Origin: Pirellulales bacterium
GTDB taxonomy: Bacteria; Planctomycetota; Planctomycetia; Pirellulales; JAICIG01
Assembly: GCA_025927475.1 (NCBI GenBank)
Contig: JAICLL010000004.1
Span: 25,288-89,287 of the forward strand
Direction: 5' to 3'
Length of the DNA: 64,000 bases
Each line of letters begins with the position of its first letter. Within the stretch, counting starts at the first letter, position 1. The position numbers were made by a program, and so were the translations under genes. Shown one piece after another: positions 19,770-30,600 of this stretch. The notes under the pieces were generated by a model. The model was not told the origin of the DNA. It made no database searches and saw only the letters and a list, made by a program, of their open reading frames with translations.

Positions 19770-22700
19770 ATGACAACGACGTTGAAGCACCGTCTCGCAA
19801 GGTTTTTAATCACCCCGCTGTGCAGTTTTTTGCCGCTGCTCGAAGCCGCGTTGCTCGCGGACGAGAGAAGAGCAGACTTCGAATGCCGTTGGAACGACGG
19901 CGAAATTGTTGTCGACGGCAGGGCCGACGAAGTCCCGTGGAGCAAGGCGCAGGAGGTCAAAGGCTTTTCCTTGCCCTGGCTTGGCGAACCGGCAAGGCCG
20001 GCCCAGAGCGCTACCAGGGCGCGCCTGCTGTGGGACCGCGAGAACTTATACTTCTTCGCGGCCATGGACGATTCTGATCTCTATGCCGACGTCAAGGAGC
20101 CCGACGGCGCCACCTGGGAAAACGACGTCTTCGAACTGTTCTTCAAGCCGGCCGACGACAAGCCCGGCTATTACGAGTTTCAAGTCAACGCGGCCGGCGC
20201 CATCATGGATATGTTCGTGCCTCGGCGCGGCAGCGGCGGTTATCGGCGGTTCAAGGGTGACGGCGCCTTTCATATCGAAGCCAAGGTGTCCCTCGACGGG
20301 ACGTTGAATCGCTGGCAAGATCAGGACAAGTCGTGGTCCGTCGAAGGCCGCATTCCTTGGACCGATTTCTTGCGCACGGGTGGCCGCCCTTGCAGCGGTG
20401 AGACATGGAAGTTTGCCCTCTGCCGCTACGATTACTCCGTCGATTTCGAAGGCCCCGAACTTTCGACTTGCGCGCCCTTGCGGTCGCAACCGCCCAATTT
20501 CCACCACCACGAGGACTACGCCGCGCTGGTCTTTAAGGGCCCCAGCCAGCAAACAACCCTGCGGCCATATGGCATCGAGTCGTATCTGCCGGTTGCCACC
20601 TCGCGTGTGATCGGTTCGCCCGACCCGCCGCTGCCTTACCGCGCTCAACGTGTGTTGCCGGAGCTCCGCCTCTCCTTTCCGGTGTTTGTGATCACCGCGC
20701 CAGAAACGCAAGTTTTGTGGATCATCGACCAGCCTTTCTCGTTTGGGCCAACTCGCCTCGCACGCACGACAGGCGACCCCGGCAGCGGCCAACTGGAAAC
20801 GCTGCTGCAGATGGACGAGGGACTTGCGTACTCGCTCGCGTTCCATCCCGACTTTCGACAAAACGGCTACGTGTTCCTCGGCGCGAACACGAAGTCGGGC
20901 AGCAGCCGCCGGTCGACTCGCATCACGAGGTATACCGTCAGTCGCGCGGCTCCCTATGCATTGGACCCAGCGTCGGCCTTGACGATCATCGAATGGCCAT
21001 CGGCCGGACACGACGGCGCCGCGCTAGCGTTTGGCCACGATCGCATGCTCTACATCACCTCCGGCGACGGCACATCCGATTCGGACACGGACGTCGTGGG
21101 CCAGGACCTGAGCCGGCTGACGGCCAAGGCGCTGCGGATCGACGTAGACCATCCCGCGGCTGACAGGCCCTATTCCGTCCCGCCCGACAATCCCTTCGTG
21201 AACGTGGCCGGCGCAAGGCCGGAGACCTGGGCCTTCGGACTGCGAAATCCGTGGCGGATGACAACCGACCCGGTCACAGGGCAAATCTGGATCGGCAGCA
21301 ATGGCCAAGACCTGTGGGAGCACGTCTTTCTGCTGCGGCGAGGGGCCAACTATGGCTGGAGCGTGTTCGAGGGGAGCCATCCCTTTTATCTTCAGCGCAA
21401 ATTGGCGGACGTTCCGCATACGCCGCCCACCGCTGAGCACCCGCATTCGGAGGCGAGGTCGCTGACGGGCGGCGTGGTCTACCATGGCAAAAAGCTGCCA
21501 GAACTGCGAGGCGCCTATCTTTATGGCGACTATTCCACCGGCAAAATCTGGGGCCTGCGGTGCGACGGCGACAATGTCGTCTGGCACAAGGAACTGGCCG
21601 ACACTTCGCTGGCCATCACGGCGTTTGCGCTCGACGCCGACGGCGAATTACTCATCGCCGACCATCGCGGCAGCGGCCAAGGCGGCTTGTACACCTTGCA
21701 GCCGAATGCCGACAAAAACACCCAGGCGGCCTTTCCGCGGCGACTCAGTGAAACCGGACTCTTTCGCTCGGTGGCCGGGCATGTGATGCAACCGGGCGCG
21801 ATTCCCTATGACGTCAATGCGCCGCTCTGGTCCGACGGCGCTGACAAGCAGCGCTGGCTCGTCTTGCCGCCTTCGATGAACCAGGACGGGCATGAAGTTG
21901 CCGTCCGGATCCCATTTAGTCTCGACCGCAGTTGGGAGCTCCCAGAGCAGACCGTGCTGGTCAAGTCGTTCGCGCTGGGAGGAGGCGAAGGCAAGCCGGA
22001 GCCGCGGCGCTGGATCGAGACCCGTCTGTTGACGCGGCAGCAGGGGGAATGGGCCGGATATTCCTACCGCTGGAACGAACAGCAGACCGATGCGGAGCTT
22101 GTTGGCCAGGAGGGAGCGGAGCAGGAATTTTTGATCCGCACGGCGGACGGCGAACGGCGGCAGGTTTGGCATTTTCCCAGCCGCGGCGAGTGCATGGTTT
22201 GTCACAGCCGTGCGGCCAATTTCGTGCTGGGCCTCTCTGCGCTGCAACTGAATCGGGACTTCGACTACGGGGGCGTTGTCGACAACCAGTTGCGTGTGTT
22301 CGAACATCTGGGGCTGCTCCGTGTCGATTATGGAGCTGAGGCGGCAGAGCATCTAAGGCAGCGGCTTCGCGCCGCAGGAATGTCGGCCGAGGATGCGGCG
22401 AAGCAGGTCGCCGAAGCCAGTGCGTCCCGCGGACAGCGATCGGCCGCGCCTTCCGACCTTCTCGCGCGCTCGCCGGACCATTACGAACGGCTGGCCGATC
22501 CGTATGACGACCGAGAGCGCCTTGACCGGCGGGCACGAGCCTATTTGCACGCCAACTGCTCGCAGTGCCATGTGGAAGCCGGTGGCGGCAACGCTCAGAT
22601 CGACCTCCATTATTCGACTGCCCACGACAAAATGCGGCTGATCGGGTTCCAACCGTTGCACGCCCGCTTCGGCATTGAAGGCGCAGAATTGGTCGCGGCG

Positions 22701-22892
22701 GGTAATCCCGACCGTTCGGTGCTTCTTCACCGGATGAGCATTCGCGGCCCTGGGCAGATGCCGCAGCTCGCGACTTCACTCGTCGACCAGCGGGCGATCG
22801 AGATGATTCGCGCCTGGATCCAAGAGATGGCCGTGACCGACATCAATGATTGCCAATGCCAGGGCAGGGCGGCTTGCGGCGCTGATGAATGA
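19770..22892 (+). CDS. CBM9/DOMON-like + PQQ/sorbosone-dehydrogenase-like beta-propeller + dihaem c-type cytochrome fusion
   Basis: Start at the internal MTTTLKHRLARFLITPL of ORF 19590..22892. CBM9-like motifs: VDGRADEVPWSKAQ, LLWDRENLYFFA, WENDVFELFFKP, YYEFQVNAAG. SGDH-like motifs: LAFHPDF, ALAFGHDRMLYITSGDG, WAFGLRNPWRM, GANYGWSVFEG. Two CXXCH motifs (CMVCH, CSQCH) plus GPGQMPQL. Confidence 0.8.
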   Translation: MTTTLKHRLARFLITPLCSFLPLLEAALLADERRADFECRWNDGEIVVDGRADEVPWSKAQEVKGFSLPWLGEPARPAQSATRARLLWDRENLYFFAAMDDSDLYADVKEPDGATWENDVFELFFKPADDKPGYYEFQVNAAGAIMDMFVPRRGSGGYRRFKGDGAFHIEAKVSLDGTLNRWQDQDKSWSVEGRIPWTDFLRTGGRPCSGETWKFALCRYDYSVDFEGPELSTCAPLRSQPPNFHHHEDYAALVFKGPSQQTTLRPYGIESYLPVATSRVIGSPDPPLPYRAQRVLPELRLSFPVFVITAPETQVLWIIDQPFSFGPTRLARTTGDPGSGQLETLLQMDEGLAYSLAFHPDFRQNGYVFLGANTKSGSSRRSTRITRYTVSRAAPYALDPASALTIIEWPSAGHDGAALAFGHDRMLYITSGDGTSDSDTDVVGQDLSRLTAKALRIDVDHPAADRPYSVPPDNPFVNVAGARPETWAFGLRNPWRMTTDPVTGQIWIGSNGQDLWEHVFLLRRGANYGWSVFEGSHPFYLQRKLADVPHTPPTAEHPHSEARSLTGGVVYHGKKLPELRGAYLYGDYSTGKIWGLRCDGDNVVWHKELADTSLAITAFALDADGELLIADHRGSGQGGLYTLQPNADKNTQAAFPRRLSETGLFRSVAGHVMQPGAIPYDVNAPLWSDGADKQRWLVLPPSMNQDGHEVAVRIPFSLDRSWELPEQTVLVKSFALGGGEGKPEPRRWIETRLLTRQQGEWAGYSYRWNEQQTDAELVGQEGAEQEFLIRTADGERRQVWHFPSRGECMVCHSRAANFVLGLSALQLNRDFDYGGVVDNQLRVFEHLGLLRVDYGAEAAEHLRQRLRAAGMSAEDAAKQVAEASASRGQRSAAPSDLLARSPDHYERLADPYDDRERLDRRARAYLHANCSQCHVEAGGGNAQIDLHYSTAHDKMRLIGFQPLHARFGIEGAELVAAGNPDRSVLLHRMSIRGPGQMPQLATSLVDQRAIEMIRAWIQEMAVTDINDCQCQGRAACGADE

Positions 22893-23194
22893 GCGGAAAT
22901 CCGGCTCGGCGGCTGAGCCGCTGCCGCCATCATGCTCCCCCGTGGTGCGACTCTGGCATGACCGATGCCGAGATGCGTCACCGGCTGGGGCGACTTCCAA
23001 TGCTTGGCCAAAGCGCTGACCACGCGCTCGATGCACTCGGCATGAAAGGCCGTGTCGTGCAGTTCGTCCGCGGAAAACGGGCCGATCGAGTAGGTCGCCG
23101 ACAATCCCCGGCTTCCATGCACACCTGCTAGCATTAAAATGACAGCTTGAACGGGTGCGCAGTGCCCGCCCTACGTGACACTGTGGCAGCTTTT

Positions 23195-23650
23195 ATGACC
23201 GACGACGCTTTCAACCTGGCAGACATTCACGCGGCGATTCCGCATCGCGCGCCATTTCTGTTCATCGATGAGGTGATCGAGCGCGACGAGCGGCGGATCG
23301 TCTGCCGCAAGACGTTTCGGCCCGATGAGTTCTTTTATCAAGGACACTACCCGCATTTTCCGATCACGCCGGGCGTGTTGTTGTGCGAGGCGGCCATGCA
23401 GGCCGGCGCCCTGCTGCTTTCCGGATGTTTCGGCGAGAGGCCGGGCGTGCCGGTCGCCACGCGCATGAACGACGTGCGTTTCAAGCGCGCTGTCCGCCCC
23501 GGCGAGACGATCGAAATCGAAGTTCAGCTGATCGAACGTCTGGCCGGGGCGTTTTTTCTGAAGGCCAAGGTGACCTGCGGCAAACAAGTCGCCGCGCGGC
23601 TGGAATTTGCCTGCACGCTGGCCTCCCTGGAGGATGAAGGAGAAGGATAA
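23195..23650 (+). CDS. FabZ/FabA-like (3R)-hydroxyacyl-ACP dehydratase (hotdog fold)
   Basis: IPHRAPFLFIDEV, GHYPHFPITPGVLLCEAAMQ (catalytic His/Glu context) and VRFKRAVRPGETI. Start taken at ATG 23195; the track start 23147 is a TTG. Confidence 0.8.
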   Translation: MTDDAFNLADIHAAIPHRAPFLFIDEVIERDERRIVCRKTFRPDEFFYQGHYPHFPITPGVLLCEAAMQAGALLLSGCFGERPGVPVATRMNDVRFKRAVRPGETIEIEVQLIERLAGAFFLKAKVTCGKQVAARLEFACTLASLEDEGEG

Positions 23651-23655
23651 CTGTT

Positions 23656-24069
23656 TCAACCTTCCGCAGCGCGCTTTCGCGCACCGCGCGGCGGCAGCGC
23701 CCCCAACTGAAACGGCGCTTCCGACAGCAGCTCTTTGCCGCGCGGCAGAAACACGCGCACGCGCACGCACCAGCAGATTTTGACAATTTCGCCTTGATAG
23801 CTGAGCGGGCTTAGCGGTAATCGCGTGCTGAATCTTCGCGGCTGACGCAAGTCGACGCCCGGCTGCTCGCCCGCACAAAGCCGCTCGAAATGGTGCACGG
23901 CCAGGTCTTCGTCGCCTTGACCCTCGGTGTGCCACAACACCGAGATCTCGATGGCCGTTGGCTCGGCCAGCTTGAGCGATTCCAGCCGGTACTCGCCGGC
24001 CAGCGTTTCGCCGGGCTGATAGACGCGGCGATTGCCATCGAGTAACAAGCGGACGGACGGCTCGTTCAT
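23656..24069 (-). CDS. small arrestin-N/Spo0M-like beta-sandwich protein (hypothetical)
   Basis: 137 aa. The pattern VRLLLDGNRRVYQPGETLAGEYRL...IEISVLWHTEG...STRLPLSPLSYQGEIVKICWCVRVRV matches the arrestin-like/Spo0M logic. ATGA overlap with the upstream gene. Confidence 0.55.
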   Translation of the reverse strand: MNEPSVRLLLDGNRRVYQPGETLAGEYRLESLKLAEPTAIEISVLWHTEGQGDEDLAVHHFERLCAGEQPGVDLRQPRRFSTRLPLSPLSYQGEIVKICWCVRVRVFLPRGKELLSEAPFQLGALPPRGARKRAAEG

Positions 24070-25397
24070 GCGGCGGTGTTCTCGGCGCAGCCGGGATAAA
24101 CATGCACCAGAAAACTGCGTTCAAACGGCGGGCGGCGCTCGATCTCGCCGCGAACCAGCAGCTTCCAGTCGATTCGGTTGTGTTCGGCGCGAAACGAGTG
24201 CATGGCGCCGGCGGGCACCGAGAACATCGCCCGCACTTCCCAGGGTGTTCCATAAATCTCGAAGGAATCGCGTCGCAGAATCTCTTGCTCGAAAACGCGG
24301 CGCACCGCGGTGCGCGCATCGGTGCCTTGCCGGTAGGTTGCTTCTTCCTCGCATAGCAAAACGACGCTGAGCGACTTGACCTTCAGTCTGCCGGCTTGCG
24401 AGACAAACAGTTCGCAGTCGGCGCCGGGATAAAGCGGCTGCCGCGAAACCTCGACAATGGTCGGTCCCACCGCATTGCCAGCCAGCAACCGCCGCAAGAA
24501 ATAGCCAATCAGCCCGAGCCCGGCTACGGCAAACGGCGCGACGATGCCGATGCTCAGCCAATCGGGTTCGTCCTGACGGTAGCTTTCGATGGCCATGACG
24601 GCGAAGATGGCCACCACCGCGTTCCAGATCAGAGTGATCAGCAGCAACCCGAGCAGGTTCCAGCCCGGCGCCGCCGTGGGCAGGCGAAACGCCAGCCGGG
24701 TGCCGGGGCTGTCGGTCATTTCGTTGGGGCCGGGCACGTGCGGCAGCCGCGGGGCGCCGGACGGTTCTTCGGGGGACTGACGGCGGGCCGCCTGTTGCGC
24801 CAGCATCGCTCGTCGCTCGGCCGATTTGCCCCAGTTCCAGATGGTATAGAACAACCCCACGCCGCCCACCGCAATAAACGGGGCCGGCACCAGCAGCATC
24901 AACCAGGCGAACCACGTGTAGCCGCGGGCCATGATCACCCGTTCGGGATTACGCGGGTCGTACCAGCAGGCATAATCCTCGCCGATTTCGAACCGCTCGA
25001 TCAATCGTTCCGATCGGGCGCGGTCGCTGTCGTGCAGATCGGCCACGTCGTAGCTGGCCCAAGGCGAATACGTACGCCCGTCGAGCGAAAACCGCAGGCG
25101 GAAACGCGGCGCATAAACTGCGCCGTCGCCGGCCGGTCGCTCGTCGAGGCCCTTGTCGAGCAATCGCGCCCGGTGCTCGACGAAGTCGCGATTGGCCCGC
25201 AGTTCGGGAATGGCCATCATGACAAAGACGGCGCCCAGGGCGGCACAGCCAATCAGCAAGGCCAGCGCGAAGAAGCAGCCCGAACCGACGCTGGCGACCG
25301 TGCTCGAGCCGGTGCGCCGCGCGCCCCGTTTCTTGCCATAAAACCGCGGAAACGAACCAGCCAAACTCAAACTCCCGCTCGGCAAACGAACGACCAC
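24066..25397 (-). CDS. DUF3592-type membrane protein with C-terminal arrestin-like beta-sandwich
   Basis: 443 aa. TM, then a beta-rich loop (YAPRFRLRFSLDGRTYSPWASYD...YACWYDPRNPERV), then TM, which is the DUF3592 layout. Two further TMs follow. The C-terminal domain reads LYPGADCELFV...SLSVVLLCEEEATY...HNRIDWKLLVRGEI...FLVHVYP. The GTG start is uncertain. Confidence 0.6.
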   Translation of the reverse strand: MVVRLPSGSLSLAGSFPRFYGKKRGARRTGSSTVASVGSGCFFALALLIGCAALGAVFVMMAIPELRANRDFVEHRARLLDKGLDERPAGDGAVYAPRFRLRFSLDGRTYSPWASYDVADLHDSDRARSERLIERFEIGEDYACWYDPRNPERVIMARGYTWFAWLMLLVPAPFIAVGGVGLFYTIWNWGKSAERRAMLAQQAARRQSPEEPSGAPRLPHVPGPNEMTDSPGTRLAFRLPTAAPGWNLLGLLLITLIWNAVVAIFAVMAIESYRQDEPDWLSIGIVAPFAVAGLGLIGYFLRRLLAGNAVGPTIVEVSRQPLYPGADCELFVSQAGRLKVKSLSVVLLCEEEATYRQGTDARTAVRRVFEQEILRRDSFEIYGTPWEVRAMFSVPAGAMHSFRAEHNRIDWKLLVRGEIERRPPFERSFLVHVYPGCAENTAA

Positions 25398-25440
25398 GAA
25401 TCTTCGTTGTCATACCGACCCGCCGCAGCGATGGCAAGGC

Positions 25441-26718
25441 TTACTCAACGCAGATCAGGTGCTCAAACGTGCGCAGAAAGATCTGCCCGTCGGAGATTGC
25501 GATGGTCGAATTGCTGGCTTCGCCCAGGTCGTTCTTTGCAAGGAGCTTGAACTCGCTGGGATCGGCGGCCACCACGTAGGTTGTGCCGGCCTGGCTGGTG
25601 ACGTAAAGCCGGTCGGCGGCGGCCACCAGCGAGGCCCACACTTTGTCGCCTCCCAGGCGCCCTCTCCAGGCAGCCTGGCCGGTCTGCATGTCGATACACT
25701 CCATCTGCCCCGGCTCGTCGATCAGGTAAAGATGACCGCCTAGAATTACGCCCGAACCGATGCGTTGTGGATTCTTGTCGGCGATCCGCCAGAGGCGGTT
25801 TTGCTCGGTCACGTTGCCCGATCCGCCGAGCGCGAACCCGATCGCCGGGCCGTGAAACCCACCCAACGCCGCGGCCACGCCGTCGCCCACGACCACCGAC
25901 GTATACACCAGATCGCCCAGGCCGCCGCAGGTCCAGAGAATATGCCCGTCGCCAGGATCATACGCTTGCACGCGATGCGGCAGGCTGACCAGAACCTGCT
26001 CTTGGCCGTCGACTTTTGTAACCACTGGCGTACTCCACGAACCAACCCAGACGGGCTTTTGGCCAGGGCGATCTTCGCCGTCGTCTCCGCCGGGCTCGTC
26101 GGTTTGCCAGATGGTCTGGCCGGTGGCGGCGTCGATGGCGGTGACGAAGGTGCGTTTGCCCGGCCCGCAGTTGAGCAGAATTCGATCTCCATCAAAGACG
26201 GGCGACGAGCCGTGCCCCCAAATGTGTCGAAAGCTGCCCAGATCGCGCGACCAGAGCGGTTGGCCGCCGTAGTCGTAACAGTGCAGGCCAGCGGAGCCAT
26301 GCCAAACAACCACGCGCCGGCCATCGGCGGCGGGCGAAGAGCCACAATAGGGGTTGGTCTCGTGCGTCGGTTCGTCGCCGTCGAATTCGACGATTCGCGA
26401 CCAGAGCTGGCGACCATCGTGCCGGTCGAAGCAATACAGTCCGCGTCGCTTGCCCGACTCGGTGGCGCAGGTCACGAACACCCGCTTGCCGGAAACGACG
26501 GGGCTGGAATCGCCCGGCCCCGGCAAGGGCGCTTTCCATTTCACATGCTCTTCGCTCGACCAGTGCAGGGGAACGTCGGTCTCGTCGGCGATGCCGGTGC
26601 CCGCCGGTCCACGGAAGGCGGGCCAATCGGCCCCATAGCCGGGCGCAGTCATCGGGGCAAATACGGCAAGCGCAATCGCGAGGGCGCGGCAGCACGGCGA
26701 AGAAGGAGCGTTTTTCAT
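25441..26718 (-). CDS. secreted PQQ-like (BamB-type) beta-propeller repeat protein
   Basis: Start at the internal MKNAPSSPCCRALAIALAVFAP (ATG 26718). ADWPAFRGPAGTG, repeated W-x-blade motifs and SSPVVSGKRVFV. Confidence 0.8.
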   Translation of the reverse strand: MKNAPSSPCCRALAIALAVFAPMTAPGYGADWPAFRGPAGTGIADETDVPLHWSSEEHVKWKAPLPGPGDSSPVVSGKRVFVTCATESGKRRGLYCFDRHDGRQLWSRIVEFDGDEPTHETNPYCGSSPAADGRRVVVWHGSAGLHCYDYGGQPLWSRDLGSFRHIWGHGSSPVFDGDRILLNCGPGKRTFVTAIDAATGQTIWQTDEPGGDDGEDRPGQKPVWVGSWSTPVVTKVDGQEQVLVSLPHRVQAYDPGDGHILWTCGGLGDLVYTSVVVGDGVAAALGGFHGPAIGFALGGSGNVTEQNRLWRIADKNPQRIGSGVILGGHLYLIDEPGQMECIDMQTGQAAWRGRLGGDKVWASLVAAADRLYVTSQAGTTYVVAADPSEFKLLAKNDLGEASNSTIAISDGQIFLRTFEHLICVE

Positions 26719-26825
26719 CTGAGATTGGCTCGCGGTGAGGTCAAATTGCCAGCGCATGATATCTTTGGGCCAGGGCCTCTGGCAACCGGTTCGCGGCCAG
26801 CGGGCGGCCTGATTACAATGCACAC

Positions 26826-27623
26826 ATGCGAATCTTTATTTCCGTTGCTCTTTGGTTGCTGGTTGTCGCGCCGGCGCGCGGGCAAACCACGGCACGACAG
26901 ACCGATTTGGTGATGGCCACGGTTCGCCTGTCGAATCTGAAATCGACCGCGACCGGCTTTGTGCTGGTGCGGCCGCGGGCGGGTGGCGAGGCCGGCGAAC
27001 AGCATCTTTTAATCACGGCTGCCCATGTTCTGGAAATGTCCGACGGCGAAGAGATGACGGTCAACTACCGCCGAAAGACAGGCGAAGATGTATTTGCCAA
27101 GGCGCCCGCACCGTTGAGAATCCGCAGCGAGGGCAAGCCGCTCTGGCAGCGCCATGCCAAGCAAGACGTGGCTGCCATGGCGATCGAACCGCCGGCGGGT
27201 GTCGAATTGCCGCACCTCACCGCCGACTTGCTGGCCACGGCCGATGACCTGCGCGGCATCGAGCCGGGCGATTTGGTCCGCTGTGTCGGCTTTCCGCACG
27301 CCACGGTGTTCGAGCCGAACCAGGCCTCGTTTCCCGTGGTGCGCTTGGGATGCGTAGCCAGCTATCCTCTGCTGCCGGTAGAGAAAGAGCCGACGTTTTT
27401 GGTCGACTACAACACCTTTGAGGGCGACAGCGGCGGGCCGGTTTATTGGAAGCGCGGCAATGGCGATGCCTCGCTGAAGATTCTGGGGTTGGTGCAAGGG
27501 CAGCATTTTTTCAATCAGCGCTTCGAGTTTACCTATGAGAGCGGCGAGTTTCGCAAGCAACTTGGGCTGGCCATCGTGACGCAGGCCGAAGCCATTCGCG
27601 AGACGATCGCGCAGGTGCCTTAG
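26826..27623 (+). CDS. secreted trypsin-like serine protease
   Basis: Signal peptide MRIFISVALWLLVVAPARG. Catalytic His context LLITAAHVLE and Ser context EGDSGGPVYW. Confidence 0.8.
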   Translation: MRIFISVALWLLVVAPARGQTTARQTDLVMATVRLSNLKSTATGFVLVRPRAGGEAGEQHLLITAAHVLEMSDGEEMTVNYRRKTGEDVFAKAPAPLRIRSEGKPLWQRHAKQDVAAMAIEPPAGVELPHLTADLLATADDLRGIEPGDLVRCVGFPHATVFEPNQASFPVVRLGCVASYPLLPVEKEPTFLVDYNTFEGDSGGPVYWKRGNGDASLKILGLVQGQHFFNQRFEFTYESGEFRKQLGLAIVTQAEAIRETIAQVP

Positions 27624-27628
27624 CGGTC

Positions 27629-30600
27629 ATGAGCCTTTCGACCCCTTTCATCTACCGCCCGGTCGGCACCACGCTGCTGACGGTGGCAATCATGCTGGCG
27701 GGGGCGTTGGGTTATGGGTTGCTGCCCGTCTCGCCGCTGCCGCAGATCGACTTTCCCACCATTCAGGTGACGGCCATGCTGCCGGGCGCCAGCCCCGAGA
27801 CGATGGCCTCGGCGGTGGCCACGCCGCTGGAGCGGCAGTTCGGCCGCATCGCCGGCGTGACCGAGATGACCTCGGCCAGCTATCTGGGCACGTCGATCAT
27901 CGTCATGCAATTTGATCTGGATCGCAACATCAACGCCGCCGCCCGCGACGTGCAAGCCGCCATTAACGCCGCCCGTGGCCGGCTGCCGCCCAACCTGCCC
28001 AACAATCCGACCTATCGCAAGATCAACCCGGCCGATGCGCCGATCATGATTCTGACGCTCACCAGCGACACTTACACCAAGCCGCAGATGTACGATGCGG
28101 CAGCCACCATCTTGCAGCAGAAGCTATCGCAGGTGCGAGGCGTAGGGCAGGTTTACATCGGCGGCGGGGCCGCGCCCGCCGTGCGCGTCGATCTCAATCC
28201 CACGCTGCTCAACCACATGGGCATCGCCCTGGAAGACGTGCGCACGGCCCTGGCCAATGCCAACGCCAATCGGCCCAAAGGGCAAGTGGCCAATCAAAGC
28301 CAAGCCTGGTCGATTGGCGCCACCGACCAACTGCTGAAAGCCCGCGAGTACGAGCCGGTGATTGTGGCTTATCGAAACGGCGCACCGGTGCGGCTGGCCG
28401 ACGTGGCCGACGTGAGCGACTCGGTCGAAGACCTGCGGGCCGCGGGGCTGTTTAACGGCGAGCCGTCAATCACCATCGTCATCTTCCGCCAGCCGGGCGC
28501 CAACATCATTTCGACGGTCGACCGCATCACCGGCCTGCTGCCGCAGTTGAGGAACCAGATTCCGGCCAACATGAAAATCTCGATCGCGCTGGACCGCACC
28601 GCCACCATTCGGGCCTCGGTGCACGACGTGCAGGCGGCGTTGATGGTCTCGGTGGGGTTGGTCATTTTGGTGGTGTTTTTGTTCTTGCGAAACGCGCGGG
28701 CCACATTCATTCCCAGCGTGGCCGTGCCCGTCTCGCTCATCGGCACGTTCGGCGTTATGTACCTGGCCGGTTACAGCCTCGACAACTTGTCGCTGATGGC
28801 GCTAGCGATCGCCACCGGCTTTGTGGTGGACGACGCGATCGTGGTCATCGAAAACATCGCCCGGCATCTGGAACAAGGCGCACGCCCCTTGCAGGCGGCG
28901 CTACGGGGCGCGGCGGAAATCGGCTTCACGGTGCTTTCGATCAGCGTGTCGCTGGTGGCGGTGTTTATTCCCATTTTGCTGATGCGCGGCATTGTGGGGC
29001 GGCTGTTCCGCGAGTTCGCCGTGACGCTGTCGGTCGCCATCTTGGTGTCGCTGATCGTATCGCTGACCACCACGCCCATGCTCTGCGCGTTGTTGCTCAA
29101 GTCGAAGCACGACGAGCGACATGGGCGGCTGTTTCGCGCCAGCGAGCGAGTGTTCGATTGGATCTTGGCCGGCTACGAAGCGACGCTCGGCTGGGTGCTG
29201 CGCCATCAGCCGCTGACGATGCTGGTCACGCTTTCGACGATCGGCTTTACGGTTTATCTGTATGTGATCGTGCCCAAGGGGTTTTTTCCGCAGCAAGACA
29301 CTGGGCGGTTGGTGGGTAATCTGGTCGCCGATCAGGACACCTCGTTTCAGGCCATGCACGTGCTGTTGCGGCGGTTTGCGGCGATGGTGAGTGAGGATCC
29401 CGGCGTCAACGGCGTGACGGCCTACACCGGAGGGCAGGCGGGAGCGGCCAACGCCGCCCGGATGTTTGTCAGCCTCAAGCCGCTGGAAGAGCGGAAGATC
29501 GGCGCCGACCAACTCATTGCCCGAATTCGTGCCAAGACTTCGCGCATTCCGGGGGCGAATCTCTATTTGCAGTCGGTGCAAGACCTGCGCGTGGGCGGCA
29601 GGTCGAGCAGCGCTCAGTTTCAGTTCACGCTGCGCGGCGACAGCTTGGAAGACCTGAATCAGTGGGGCCCGAAGCTCTTGGCCGAAATTCGCAAGCTGCC
29701 GGGGCTGGTCGATGTGAACAGCGACCAGCAAGACAAGGGGCTGCAAGCTTCACTTTCGATCGACCGGCTGGCGGCGGCCCGCCTGGGCGTCACGCTGCAA
29801 GCCATCGATGACACGCTTTACGACGCCTTCGGCCAGCGGCCGGTGTCGGTCATCTATAAGCCGCTGAACCAATATCGGGTGGTGATGGGCGTAACGCCCG
29901 AATTCTGGCAGAACCCCGACGCCTTGCGGCACATTTATGTCCGCGGCCAGAACCAGTCGCAGGTGCCGCTCAGCGCGCTCTATCGCCAGACGGGGACGAA
30001 CACAGCCATCTCGGTGAACCACTCCGGGCAGTTTCCCTCGGTGACCATTTCGTTCAACCTGGCGCCGGGCATGTCGCTGGGCGAAGCGGTGCCGCTCATC
30101 GAACAGGCCGCCACCGAACTGGGGCTGCCCGAGTCGATCCAATGGAGTTTTCAGGGCACGGCCCAGGCGTTTCAAGATTCGTTGCGCAATCAGCCGCTGC
30201 TGATTCTGGCGGCCTTGGTGGCGGTGTATATCGTGCTGGGCGTGCTCTACGAAAGCTATATTCATCCGCTTACGATTCTCAGCACGCTGCCGTCCGCCGG
30301 CGTGGGGGCGCTGGTGGCGCTGCTCATCTGCCGCACCGAGCTGAATGTGATGGCGCTGATCGGCATTTTGTTGTTGATCGGCATTGTGAAGAAAAACGCA
30401 ATCATGATGATCGACTTCGCCTTGGAGGCCGAGCGCGAGCAAGGCAAGTCGCCGCGGGACGCCATCTTTGAGGCTTGCCTGTTACGATTCCGCCCGATCA
30501 CCATGACCACCATGGCGGCGCTGTTGGGCGGATTGCCGCTGGCGTTGGGCACGGGCAACGGTTCAGAGCTGCGCCGGCCCATGGGCATTGCGATTGTGGG

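Noticed and set aside
22727-23134. 135-aa - ORF whose first 80 codons occupy the 22893-23146 spacer
   Set aside because: There is no motif. The rest overlaps the 3' end of the large cytochrome fusion gene, and the composition is shadow-like. It may be a relic, but this is unsupported.
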